A program made the position numbers and the translations under genes. Shown here piece after piece: positions 17,765-26,916 of a stretch of DNA of 28,642 nt. The notes below the pieces were generated by a model. That model was not told the origin of the DNA, did not search any database, and worked only from the letters and a program-made list of their open reading frames with translations. The stretch's first letter is position 1, and each line of letters begins with the position of its first letter. Location of the stretch: sequence record SRR31156797_360. One strand, written 5' to 3'.

Positions 17765-18883
17765 TTAGCCTGGGATGTTGCCCTGAACGCCTTCTACGAA
17801 GAAGTTCATGCCGAGCATCTCGCCATCGCTAAGTGTTTCACCAGCAGGTACAGCTATACCGCCTTTGTTGTCTTTAAGCTCGCCAGAGAAGATGTGGAAA
17901 GCGCCGGAAGCGATCTCAGCTTTTTTCTCTTTTACCATAGCCTGTACGTCAGCAGGTACGAGGTCAGACATAGGAGCGAGGTCTACGAGCCCTTCGCCAA
18001 GTCCCCACCAGATAGAGCTTGTCTTCCATGTTCCGTTGTGAACTTCCTCTGCTGTTTTATTGTAAACAGCTTTCCAGTTCCATACAGGAGCAGTGAGCCA
18101 TGCGTTAGGAACCTGCTCTGCCATTTCAGAGTTGTAACCGATAGCATATGCGCCACGTTTCTGTGCAGCCTGAAGAGGTGCAGGTGTGTCCTGGTGCATT
18201 GTGATCACGTCAGCCTTAACGTCGAGAAGTGATTCAGCAGCGTCTCTCTCTTTAGCAGGGTCGAACCATGTCTGTGTCCAAACTACCTTTACAGTTACGT
18301 CAGGGTTAACAGCTTTAGCACCTAGTGTGAAAGCGTTGATTCCTCTGATAACTTCCGGGATAGGGAAAGCAGCAACATAGCCGAGTATGTTAGATTTTGT
18401 CATTTTACCAGCAACCATACCGGAGAGGTATCTCGGCTGATACATACGACCGAAGTAGTTACCTACGTTATCGGATGATTTGTAACCGGAGCAGTGCATG
18501 AAAGTAATGTCAGGATACTTTGCAGCTACTTCGAGAGTAGGATCCATATAACCGAAGCTGGTTGTATAGATAAGGTTATATCCTTTCTGTGCGAGGCTTG
18601 TGATGATTCTCACAGACTCTGCGCCTTCAGGAACAGATTCGATGTAGTTTGTTTCTTTAACGTATGGAAGCTCAGCCATAGCTTTGCGTCCTTCGTTGTG
18701 TGCGAATGTCCAGCCGGCATCGCCAACAGGTCCTACATAAACAAATGCAGCTTTAATATCTTTTCCAGCAGGTGCAGCCTCTGCAGCCTTAGCAGGCTCA
18801 GTTTTAGCTTCTTCTTTCTTCTCGCCACAGCCGGTCAGCATCATAAGTGCAGCCAGAGCAGCAACCAGTAACAATTTCTTCAT
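17765..18883 (-). CDS. BMP-family lipoprotein, purine/nucleoside-binding
   Basis: Lipobox LTGC, YVGPVGDAGW, TSFGYMD, FPIPEVIRGINAF, WFDP. Confidence 0.93.
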   Translation of the reverse strand: MKKLLLVAALAALMMLTGCGEKKEEAKTEPAKAAEAAPAGKDIKAAFVYVGPVGDAGWTFAHNEGRKAMAELPYVKETNYIESVPEGAESVRIITSLAQKGYNLIYTTSFGYMDPTLEVAAKYPDITFMHCSGYKSSDNVGNYFGRMYQPRYLSGMVAGKMTKSNILGYVAAFPIPEVIRGINAFTLGAKAVNPDVTVKVVWTQTWFDPAKERDAAESLLDVKADVITMHQDTPAPLQAAQKRGAYAIGYNSEMAEQVPNAWLTAPVWNWKAVYNKTAEEVHNGTWKTSSIWWGLGEGLVDLAPMSDLVPADVQAMVKEKKAEIASGAFHIFSGELKDNKGGIAVPAGETLSDGEMLGMNFFVEGVQGNIPG

Positions 18884-18984
18884 GAGATATACCCCTAAAT
18901 ATGAATTAAAACCTATAAAGCATTAATAATATAAGCTTTAGAAGGTTTCAGGATTTCCTTTTTTAATAGGAAACATAAAAATAT

Positions 18985-19014
18985 ATTATCCTATACTGAC
19001 ATATAAAATGTCAA
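18985..19014 (-). promoter_or_regulatory. Candidate sigma70 promoter of the nucleoside operon with an overlapping palindrome
   Basis: Minus strand TTGACA-N18-GATAAT; TGACAT-N5-ATGTCA at 18997-19013. Confidence 0.5.
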
Positions 19015-19016
19015 TT

Positions 19017-19514
19017 TTATTTTAGCTTACTTTCGGTTTGAATTATGATGAAATATTCTCTCACAATGTTGTGAATGCGTATCTCATTGTTATTGTATAA
19101 AACTTCGTAAAGAGTATAACCGTCTGTATCTTTTACAAACTTTTTCTCACCTTTTCTGATTACTTCGCCGTACATCTTTTTATCTGCGTGGTAAGGGTAG
19201 CCTCCAGCGAAAAATCCGGCGTAGAGGTCACCTTTAAGATATGAGGCTTTCTCTTCATCAATCGGAAGGTTTTCATAATCTATATCGAACTCGCCATTTT
19301 CGAAGATAATCTGAGCATCACCTCTAAAAAAATCTGAATGAAATTTACCACGAAAAACATTGTTCTTAAGCAGTACTTGCCCTTTGAGGTCAAGAGATTG
19401 CTCTCCTCTTGCGATGGTTACTATTTGCGGAGCAGGCTCCTGATTAAGGAAGAAGTTTGTGCCCGCACATCCAAATAACGAAAAGAGCATAATTGCAAGG
19501 ATAAGGTGTCTCAT
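19017..19514 (-). CDS. Hypothetical lipoprotein (possibly DUF3261/LolB-like)
   Basis: Lipobox LFGC; GGAG RBS; beta-rich sequence with a central helix (YLKGDLYAGFF). Confidence 0.65.
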   Translation of the reverse strand: MRHLILAIMLFSLFGCAGTNFFLNQEPAPQIVTIARGEQSLDLKGQVLLKNNVFRGKFHSDFFRGDAQIIFENGEFDIDYENLPIDEEKASYLKGDLYAGFFAGGYPYHADKKMYGEVIRKGEKKFVKDTDGYTLYEVLYNNNEIRIHNIVREYFIIIQTESKLK

Positions 19515-19557
19515 ATCTCCTCCGAAAAAAAGAAGTTAGCAGGAAAACAGAACAAAA

Positions 19558-21048
19558 TCAAAAATTTTCTGGTATTTTTACAATCAGACTTTCGACTTCT
19601 CTGTCGCTAAGTTCAATTATCTGGTTGTTACAAATGACTTCGAAGCCTTCGTCGCCATGAGTGACACGTATCATGTCGCCTGTTTTAATACCTTTGTCTG
19701 TTTTGATGGAGACAACCTGTACGTCACTACCCGAAAATCCGAACATAGAGGTAAGGCAGAAGGAGCCGTCTGTGTATATCTCAGGTATTTTTGCTCCGTG
19801 AGGGTCTGTGGTCGGTGACCCCATCTGTTCGTAAATGTGCTGGATAGCCGCATCGTCGTTATAATGTTCGAGTACGTGTGCTTTTTCGTGAAGTTTCTCT
19901 TCTGGCACGCCCATATAGTGGAGGTAAGTTTCCCACACCCTGTGCGCTTTCTTCAGCCTGAGGGCTTCGGTTACACCTTTTTCACTAAGGGTGAGCACTT
20001 CACCACTCACAGTTATCATGCCGTCACCGGAGAGCTGGTTAAGAGCATTTTTGAGCTGTTTTTTACTTGTTTCAATATATTGCATCATGGTGCTGATAGA
20101 TATTTTACCCTCAGATTTATAAATACTTCCGATTATGTCCTCTGCTAGCTGTTGAGGCACTGCGTTCTTCTTACGCATAACGTCAGCAAGCATTCCGTAC
20201 TTAGGTGCGAGCATAAGCACAACTAGAAACTGTGCAGTGGAGAATAGCATTATCGCTCCGCCGCCTGATGAGTTCATCCAGAGAGAGAGGTAAAGCCCGC
20301 CTAGGATACTTGTGAAGCCGAAAACAGCCGCAAGCCCCATCATCTTTTCAAGCCTGTCAGTGAGGAGGTAAGCTGTAGCCGCAGGGGTTATTAGCAGTCC
20401 TACAACGAGGATAACACCCACCATGCTCACAGCAGAAACAACTATCAGCGATACGCATCCAGTGAACAAATATTTGAAAAAGAGAACAGGTATGCCTATG
20501 GACGCCGCCATTACAGGGTCGAAGCTTGTAAGCTTAAAATATCTGAAAAATAGAATCAGCACAGATAAAACTGATGCGGAAACTATTGATGACACAATCA
20601 TATCTGTATCTGAGATGCCTAGGATATCCCCCATTATGAAGTGAACTATGTCTATGTGGATGTATTTGCTGAAGACTGATACGAGTACAACACCAGCGGC
20701 AAATATACCTGTGTACATGATACCGATGGAGGTGTCCTCTTTTATGCGGGACACTTTCGCAACAAAGCCTATCATGAAAACTGTCAGCATCGCCGCAATG
20801 AGCGAACCGATAAGCATGGCTCCTGCCGCCGCCTCTATGCCGAAGAGAACTTTCATAAAAAGATATCCAGCTCCGACACCAGCTATCATAGCGTGGGAGA
20901 GTGCATCACCGAGGAACGCCATTCGCTGGAGGATGACAAGGCATCCGGCAACTGCGCAGACAACAGCAACAATACTTCCGCCTATGAGAGCTTTCAGAAA
21001 GTAAGCCTTAGTGAGCGGTTCTATTAAAAATGTAAAAAGTACATCCAT
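19558..21048 (-). CDS. Mn/Fe/Zn ABC permease fused to a C-terminal DtxR/MntR-like domain
   Basis: ABC-3 motifs GDALSHA, EDTSIG, SFDP, ITPAATA; then AEDII, HRVWETYL, HEKAHVLEH, DPHGAKIP. Confidence 0.9.
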   Translation of the reverse strand: MDVLFTFLIEPLTKAYFLKALIGGSIVAVVCAVAGCLVILQRMAFLGDALSHAMIAGVGAGYLFMKVLFGIEAAAGAMLIGSLIAAMLTVFMIGFVAKVSRIKEDTSIGIMYTGIFAAGVVLVSVFSKYIHIDIVHFIMGDILGISDTDMIVSSIVSASVLSVLILFFRYFKLTSFDPVMAASIGIPVLFFKYLFTGCVSLIVVSAVSMVGVILVVGLLITPAATAYLLTDRLEKMMGLAAVFGFTSILGGLYLSLWMNSSGGGAIMLFSTAQFLVVLMLAPKYGMLADVMRKKNAVPQQLAEDIIGSIYKSEGKISISTMMQYIETSKKQLKNALNQLSGDGMITVSGEVLTLSEKGVTEALRLKKAHRVWETYLHYMGVPEEKLHEKAHVLEHYNDDAAIQHIYEQMGSPTTDPHGAKIPEIYTDGSFCLTSMFGFSGSDVQVVSIKTDKGIKTGDMIRVTHGDEGFEVICNNQIIELSDREVESLIVKIPENF

Positions 21049-21052
21049 ATTA

Positions 21053-21802
21053 TCAATCCTTTATCAGGTCTGTGAAGACTTTAAGTTTGCCTTCGTAAAC
21101 TTCTGTAAGCAGATCCTGTCTGAATACCAGTGAAGGTGGTCCTGCTGCGTAAAGCCTCTGTTTAACGAGAAGCAGTTTATCAAAATATTCCGATGCTGTC
21201 GCCAGATCGTGGTGAACAACCACAAGGGTTATGCCAGCCTTTTTCGCTTCTGAAAGAACATCGAGTATGGCATTCTCAGTTGCGGCATCTACTCCGGCAA
21301 ATGGTTCGTCCAGAAGGAGAATCTTTGCACCCTGAGCAAGAGCCCTCGCCATGAAAACCCGCTGTTGCTGACCTCCGGAAAGCTGACCTATCTGTCTGTC
21401 ACGAAAGTCTGACATGCGTACCATCTCAAGGCAGTTATCGACGATCTCACGATCCTCTTTTGTTTCATTCTGCCACCATTTAAGGTGACCGTAACGACCC
21501 ATCATAGCGACGTCATGAACTGTGACAGGATAGTCCCAGTCTACAGTTCCCCTTTGAGGGACGTAGGCTACAAGTCCTCTGGTCTGTTCAACCGGCTTAC
21601 CGAAAATTCGTACCTCGCCGATATCACGTTTAACAAAGCCGAGGATAGCTTTCATCAGAGTGGATTTACCAGCTCCGTTAGGACCTATTATCCCAACAAG
21701 CTCGCCAGTATTTATAAAGAAACTAACATCCAGCAGAGCCGGCTTCGGACCGTAGCTTACTGTGAGGTTTCGTACCTGAATTGCGTAATCATCAATGGTC
21801 AT
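21053..21802 (-). CDS. Metal ABC ATPase (TroB/MntB type)
   Basis: [35 protein letters not shown]. Confidence 0.93.
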   Translation of the reverse strand: MTIDDYAIQVRNLTVSYGPKPALLDVSFFINTGELVGIIGPNGAGKSTLMKAILGFVKRDIGEVRIFGKPVEQTRGLVAYVPQRGTVDWDYPVTVHDVAMMGRYGHLKWWQNETKEDREIVDNCLEMVRMSDFRDRQIGQLSGGQQQRVFMARALAQGAKILLLDEPFAGVDAATENAILDVLSEAKKAGITLVVVHHDLATASEYFDKLLLVKQRLYAAGPPSLVFRQDLLTEVYEGKLKVFTDLIKD

Positions 21803-22268
21803 TGTGTTCCCCCTCTGTTTCGAGAGTGAATTTATGTGCGGCGTTCACGGATTCCCCTGCGGAAAACCAGTATGTCGCTTCGTTTAATGGGTTATTTTCA
21901 ATAAATACAACAATACGCACAGCCTGACTGATAGTGTTGTCTGTAGGATTCCCTTTAACAAAGATCTCGTGCAGACCGTCTGTTAATTCGTAAGTTTCTG
22001 TTGTAAGAGGGACTCTGTCTTTTATACCGCTTTCAGTCTGATAAATAGTTTCGCCGTCTAGGATTATCTCAAAAGCACCAGTCGCCTCGCCGAAAGAGAA
22101 AGGATCTTTCTCAGTGGAGAAGGTTGTTGTCACCTCTATTGTGGTCTGGTGAGTGCTCTGCTTGTCTGCGGTACTCTCTATGTAGTTTTCGTTCGAGCGG
22201 ACGTTAAACATTATTGTTACAAGTGAAAGTATGACAACCCATACCGCTCCGGTTATTATGAATTTCAC
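21792..22268 (-). CDS. Hypothetical membrane-anchored protein inside the metal ABC operon
   Basis: N-terminal hydrophobic helix, acidic beta-rich body; overlaps both flanking genes (GTGA overlap upstream). Confidence 0.75.
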   Translation of the reverse strand: MKFIITGAVWVVILSLVTIMFNVRSNENYIESTADKQSTHQTTIEVTTTFSTEKDPFSFGEATGAFEIILDGETIYQTESGIKDRVPLTTETYELTDGLHEIFVKGNPTDNTISQAVRIVVFIENNPLNEATYWFSAGESVNAAHKFTLETEGEHNDH

Positions 22269-23152
22269 TTAAGCCCCGCCACTATCTTAACAACGTTTTC
22301 GCGCATCATGCCGATGTATGTTTCAGCAGTTGAGCCAAGGTCACCCATAGAATCAGAATAGAGCTCACCGCCAATGGCTACGCCGGCATCTTTTGCTATC
22401 TCTCTGATGAGTTTAGGGTTTATTGTGGTTTCGAAAAATATAGCTTTTACACCCATGCTTTTGATTGAGTTAACAACCGCCTCTCGCCGCTTAGGTGTAA
22501 CACCGCCGCCAACTTCGCTGCCGGTAGACCAGCCTATAGGCGCTGTGTTTATGAATCCGTACTCTTTTGCAAAGTATTGAAAAGCATCGTGATTGCTCAC
22601 CAAAACCCTCTGTTTAGGCGGGATAACTGAGACCTCTGCTCTTATCCATCCGTCGAGAGCTTTGAGCTGTGACATGAAGAGCTTTGCCCGTGCTGCATAT
22701 CTGTCTTTATTGGATATATCTAACTTTATGAATGCGTTAGCTATGTTTGTCATATATGCTGCGGCATTCCTCGGGGTGAACCAAGCATGAGGGTCGTTAA
22801 CTTTTGCACCGTCCTTCTCCATGATGAGAGGTTTTATACCTTTGGTAGCAGTTACCAGAGGTTTACCAGCATCTTTTGCCAAAGTTTTCATCCAGTTTTT
22901 ACCCTCGAGGTGCATCCCGTTTTCAATCACGAGGTCTGCCTTTTGGACAAGTTCGATATCTTTCGGAACCGGCTGATAAGTGTGCGGATCCTGCCCCGGA
23001 GCTAGTATACTGACGATCTTGAGGTCGTCACCTGCTAGGTTATATGCAAAGTCGTAAATCTGCGTGGTTGATACTACAACGAGTTTTTCTGCGTGAACAA
23101 ATGCAACGTTTAAAAATACTAATAGCATTAATAGAAATTTCTTATTGACCAT
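22265..23152 (-). CDS. Metal ABC substrate-binding protein (TroA/MntA type)
   Basis: Signal peptide; ligand motifs DPHTY, DPHAW, NHDAF, YSDS (His-His-His-Asp). Confidence 0.93.
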   Translation of the reverse strand: MVNKKFLLMLLVFLNVAFVHAEKLVVVSTTQIYDFAYNLAGDDLKIVSILAPGQDPHTYQPVPKDIELVQKADLVIENGMHLEGKNWMKTLAKDAGKPLVTATKGIKPLIMEKDGAKVNDPHAWFTPRNAAAYMTNIANAFIKLDISNKDRYAARAKLFMSQLKALDGWIRAEVSVIPPKQRVLVSNHDAFQYFAKEYGFINTAPIGWSTGSEVGGGVTPKRREAVVNSIKSMGVKAIFFETTINPKLIREIAKDAGVAIGGELYSDSMGDLGSTAETYIGMMRENVVKIVAGLK

Positions 23153-23232
23153 TATTATTATCCTCTAATTCATAAAAACATTGAAATTTTATTGTCGTAA
23201 GTTTATTATAACTTGAAAATATGCATACAGCA

Positions 23233-23247
23233 CCAAAATAATTATCA
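23233..23247. promoter_or_regulatory. Candidate Fur/PerR-type box
   Basis: CCAAAATAATTATCA matches 11 of 14 positions of TGATAAT-N-ATTATCA; lies between the divergent genes. Confidence 0.3.
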
Positions 23248-23328
23248 GACTTAAAAAGTCCCGTGGAAATAAAATACAAGAAATCCTCGGGGTGAAGTTC
23301 ATTCGCTGAGCATGTGAGGGAGTATATT

Positions 23329-23730
23329 ATGTACGACAAAGTATTGAGAGAGAAAGATCTTAAAGTGACTCCTCAGAGGATTTTTATCCTTGAAGAAATC
23401 AAAAGAATGGGACACGCTAGTGTCGAAGATCTGCACGACAAGGTTAAAGACTTTTACTCTTCTGTCAGCCTTGCGACAATCTACAAGAATATTCATCTTC
23501 TTGTGGACGAGGATATACTCACAGAGGTTCCGGTACACGGCAGAAAGCCTGTTTACGAAATCAATACAGGCGACCATGTACATGTAACATGCCCTGTTTG
23601 CGGTTTTGTTGAGGATCTGATGAATGTCGATACCGCACCTTTTATAAAAGAAGCGACAGACCAGACCGGAAGAAAGTATGATCGCATTGCAGTGATGCTT
23701 CAGGCACCTTGCAACAAATGTAACAACTAG
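23329..23730 (+). CDS. Fur-family regulator, PerR-like
   Basis: KVTPQR, GHASVE, SLATIYKN, HVHVTCPVCG and terminal CNKC; ATG at 23329 behind GAGGGAG. Confidence 0.9.
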   Translation: MYDKVLREKDLKVTPQRIFILEEIKRMGHASVEDLHDKVKDFYSSVSLATIYKNIHLLVDEDILTEVPVHGRKPVYEINTGDHVHVTCPVCGFVEDLMNVDTAPFIKEATDQTGRKYDRIAVMLQAPCNKCNN

Positions 23731-23737
23731 AAACTTT

Positions 23738-23767
23738 AAAGCCGGTTCAGTGAGCCGGCTTTTTTTT
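23738..23767 (+). terminator. Intrinsic terminator after the Fur-family gene
   Basis: AAAGCCGGTTC-AGT-GAGCCGGCTTT followed by a T run. Confidence 0.85.
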
Positions 23768-23791
23768 ATATCTGCTCTTCAGTAATCCATT

Positions 23792-25069
23792 TTATATATC
23801 AACACGTTTTTTAGCGTAGCTTATCAGCGCATTCAAATATTTAGACTTCAGCGGTTCAATGTTCAGCATTGCTTTATACGGAGGTGAGTTTTCCAGAGCG
23901 TAAAGCATCCTCGCAATGAGCTTGTGTGTAACCTTCTCCGGTTCATCGAAAATGAGATTAGCAAGCTTCCCACGCTCTAAAGCCATGGCAATTGTTTTGT
24001 CGATCGTGTCGTAAGGTGTATAAACACGCTTCTCACGTGCTTCCATCTCCATAGCTTTGAAAGAGCATGAAGGGATGCATACTCCACAACCGATGCATCT
24101 ATCCTCGATACATCGTGCAAGCTTTCTGTTGTTTTCGTCAGTATAGAGCTCTATAGCTTTTATCGGGCACCTTGATATACATGCACCGCAACCCTTACAG
24201 TTATCTTTAACGTTCATTATCCAGTTTGAGCTGACGATGGCGTTTTGTATATTAAAAGTATTTATAGCATCGAGCATCCCGCAGCAGCAGGAACAGCAGT
24301 TGCAAATATAGGAGACTTCCTGTTGAACATTATCACCAGTTTGTACTAGTCCTAACTCTTTGCACTCTTTTAATATTTTAAGTCCTTTCTCGTTGGATAT
24401 CTCTTCTGCGTGACCGTTGCGTACAAGTATTTCTGCCGCTCCGTTCATGCTGAGGCAAACGTCCATAGGTGCATCACAAGCTTTGTCTAAGTGGTGAGCC
24501 TTATGTCTACAGGCACATGATGACACAGCAACCATCTTAGCGGTTTCAACTATATGGGTAGCACGTTCGTAGTCGAGGATTTCGGTATGTGTGTCTTCTG
24601 GCAGGTGCTCTTCGTGGACGAGGGCACGCCCAATTTGAGTACTCTTTTGAAAGACAGAACGGGCGAAATCTTCTGATTCGTGCATATAGCCATCGAACAG
24701 CTCCGCAAGCTCCTTCATCGGAACGTCCTCTCTGGCTCGCATAAAAGTATATTCGAAAAATCCTATCACCACAGGAGGGAGCATAAAATGTTTCTCACCT
24801 TTTATCTCCATATCGAGCAGTGCGCCACGGCGAGCCATAGCCGTGAGCATCTCATCAAGTTCGTCTATAGGCATATTAATCTTTGCAGCGATCGCCGTCA
24901 GCTTTTCAGGTATGGATGGTACTCTACGGGCTATCTTCGCCTCGTCTTCGGAATAGACAAGCTGGAGAATCTTCTGAAATGCAGGAGAATCCGGTGCGCC
25001 AGTCGCCATTCCGTCGAGCTTCTTCTGGAGGAGCTGATAGTCTTTGTTCGGGTTGGTTATGTGTCCCAT
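23792..25069 (-). CDS. Cys-rich 4Fe-4S dicluster protein
   Basis: CACR, CNCCSCCC, CKGCGACISRCP, CIGCGVCIPSC; helical N-terminus. Confidence 0.85.
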   Translation of the reverse strand: MGHITNPNKDYQLLQKKLDGMATGAPDSPAFQKILQLVYSEDEAKIARRVPSIPEKLTAIAAKINMPIDELDEMLTAMARRGALLDMEIKGEKHFMLPPVVIGFFEYTFMRAREDVPMKELAELFDGYMHESEDFARSVFQKSTQIGRALVHEEHLPEDTHTEILDYERATHIVETAKMVAVSSCACRHKAHHLDKACDAPMDVCLSMNGAAEILVRNGHAEEISNEKGLKILKECKELGLVQTGDNVQQEVSYICNCCSCCCGMLDAINTFNIQNAIVSSNWIMNVKDNCKGCGACISRCPIKAIELYTDENNRKLARCIEDRCIGCGVCIPSCSFKAMEMEAREKRVYTPYDTIDKTIAMALERGKLANLIFDEPEKVTHKLIARMLYALENSPPYKAMLNIEPLKSKYLNALISYAKKRVDI

Positions 25070-25072
25070 TTT

Positions 25073-25597
25073 TTATCCGTTATATCTTTCTGCGTGTATC
25101 TTTTCATCTTTGAGGCTCTCTCTGCTTTTCGGTTCAGGCTTGCTAGCCGGGTAGGCTATGCCGATAACAGATATTACTGCGAATCTATCCGGTAGATCGA
25201 CAACGCCTCTAACATATTCTTCTGATAGAGTATCTTCATCATGTTGCCTCAGCCTTATCTGCGCCCAGCAGCTACCTAAACCGAGAGATTCAGCCGTGAG
25301 TTGTAATATTATTGAAGCGATACTGCAATCCTCTATGCATACATCACTCTTTTCAGTGTCCCCGCAGATGATGAAAGCTGTGTCGCAATTTTCAAGGAAT
25401 CCTGCACCGTGTGGCTTAGCCGTTGCCAGTTTTTTAAGGGTGTCTTTATCTCTGATCATTATGAATTCGCACGGCTCTAAGTTTCGCGAAGTAGGAGAGA
25501 GTAAGAGTGATTCTTTCAACAGCTCTATCTTATCTTCTTCAATATTCTTATCTATGAATTGTCTTACGCTTCTTCTGTTTTTAAGTATTTCCAGCAT
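25073..25597 (-). CDS. Nitroreductase family protein
   Basis: RRSVRQF, SPTSRNLEP, AESLGLGSCW. Confidence 0.9.
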   Translation of the reverse strand: MLEILKNRRSVRQFIDKNIEEDKIELLKESLLLSPTSRNLEPCEFIMIRDKDTLKKLATAKPHGAGFLENCDTAFIICGDTEKSDVCIEDCSIASIILQLTAESLGLGSCWAQIRLRQHDEDTLSEEYVRGVVDLPDRFAVISVIGIAYPASKPEPKSRESLKDEKIHAERYNG

Positions 25598-25748
25598 AGT
25601 TATCTCCTTGATGAGTGAATATTAGCAGAAAAAGCTAAGAGTTGAAAGAGTGAGAGAAAGCGTTTTGAAATGTTAAATAAATTTCAAATAGGGAAGTAAT
25701 GTTGCGCGCAGTGTATTAAATGTTAGGATTTTATATAAGGAGGATGAT

Positions 25749-26885
25749 ATGCGTTTACGTTTAGCTACATTTAATGTCGAAAACTTGTTTAAAAGGCTTA
25801 ACTTCTCTGCCTTCACTGATGAGAGGTCTCAGAGGTATCTTCCTGAGATATTAAAATTTGCAGGTGAAGAGCTTGATGGTGATTTTTCAAAATTTGAAGA
25901 GTTTAAGAGTGAGCTTAAGTCTGTAGTTCTGTCGCAGGAAGATGATAAAAGGCAACATACAGCGCTTTCTTTTGCTGCGGCTGATGCAGATATTTATGGT
26001 CTTCAAGAGGTTGATGATTTTAAGGCTCTTGAAGGATTTATGGATAATTATGTTAAAAAGATTGGTGTCGACCCTTATCACCACATTGTACTCCATGAAG
26101 GGAATGACAGAAGAGGGATAGATGTTGCGGCTGTGACGAGAGACAGGATGCCTGTTATGACTCGTTCTCATGCAATGATGACAGGTGCGAAGATTGATGA
26201 TACTGAAACAGGGAAAGCACTTTTAAATAAATATCCAAAAGCTGCTAAAGAGGCTAAAAAGCTAAGTAGAAAAAGAATCTTCAGGCGTGATTGCCTTGAG
26301 CTTGAAACAAGGGTTGAAGATAAAGAGATTCCTGTTGTAACAGTATTTGTCTGCCATTTTAAATCTATGGGTGGTGGTCGTGAAGACTCTATAGGGATTC
26401 GTCAGCTTGAAGCAATAGCTGTACGTGAGATTATCAATAGGAAATTCAAAGATCCATCAAAAGCTCTTTGGGCTGTAGTTGGTGACTTGAACGATTATCG
26501 TATGCAGATTTCTGTTTCAAAAGTTTCAGGTAGTAATGGTAAGTATTCTGAGACAATTAAGGTTATGCCTGCAAGTAAGCCGTCTGGAATAGATCCTCTT
26601 ATAGATGATTTTGGGTTTAATACACTTGAGCTTTTGCCGGAAAAAGATAGGTGGACACACTATTATCCATCTGGAAGGCACAAAACACAACTGGACTACA
26701 TAATTGTTTCCCCTGCTCTGAAAAAATGTATTAAAGGTAAGCCGGAAGTTATCAGAGAGGGAATGCCTTACAGGGTTCCTAACTCTGAAGATATCTCCCG
26801 TTATCCACGTATTGGATGGGATAGACCAAAAGCGAGTGACCATTGTCCTGTTGTGATTGAATTTAATATTAAAAAAGATTCATAA
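25749..26885 (+). CDS. Endonuclease/exonuclease/phosphatase (EEP) family protein
   Basis: TFNVENL, LQEVD, GNDRRGIDVA, HFKS, GDLND, LDYI, SDHCPV; AAGGAGG RBS. Confidence 0.9.
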   Translation: MRLRLATFNVENLFKRLNFSAFTDERSQRYLPEILKFAGEELDGDFSKFEEFKSELKSVVLSQEDDKRQHTALSFAAADADIYGLQEVDDFKALEGFMDNYVKKIGVDPYHHIVLHEGNDRRGIDVAAVTRDRMPVMTRSHAMMTGAKIDDTETGKALLNKYPKAAKEAKKLSRKRIFRRDCLELETRVEDKEIPVVTVFVCHFKSMGGGREDSIGIRQLEAIAVREIINRKFKDPSKALWAVVGDLNDYRMQISVSKVSGSNGKYSETIKVMPASKPSGIDPLIDDFGFNTLELLPEKDRWTHYYPSGRHKTQLDYIIVSPALKKCIKGKPEVIREGMPYRVPNSEDISRYPRIGWDRPKASDHCPVVIEFNIKKDS

Positions 26886-26916
26886 TATTAATAATTAAAA
26901 CTATCTTTGCTTTATT

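Noticed and set aside
18884-18985. Purine riboswitch upstream of the BMP gene
   Set aside because: The conserved core (AUAUGG, GUUUCUACC, CCGUAAA) is absent.
23142-23339. 65-aa minus-strand ORF across the troA/fur intergenic region
   Set aside because: Overlaps both flanking starts, has no RBS or motif, and spans probable promoter DNA.
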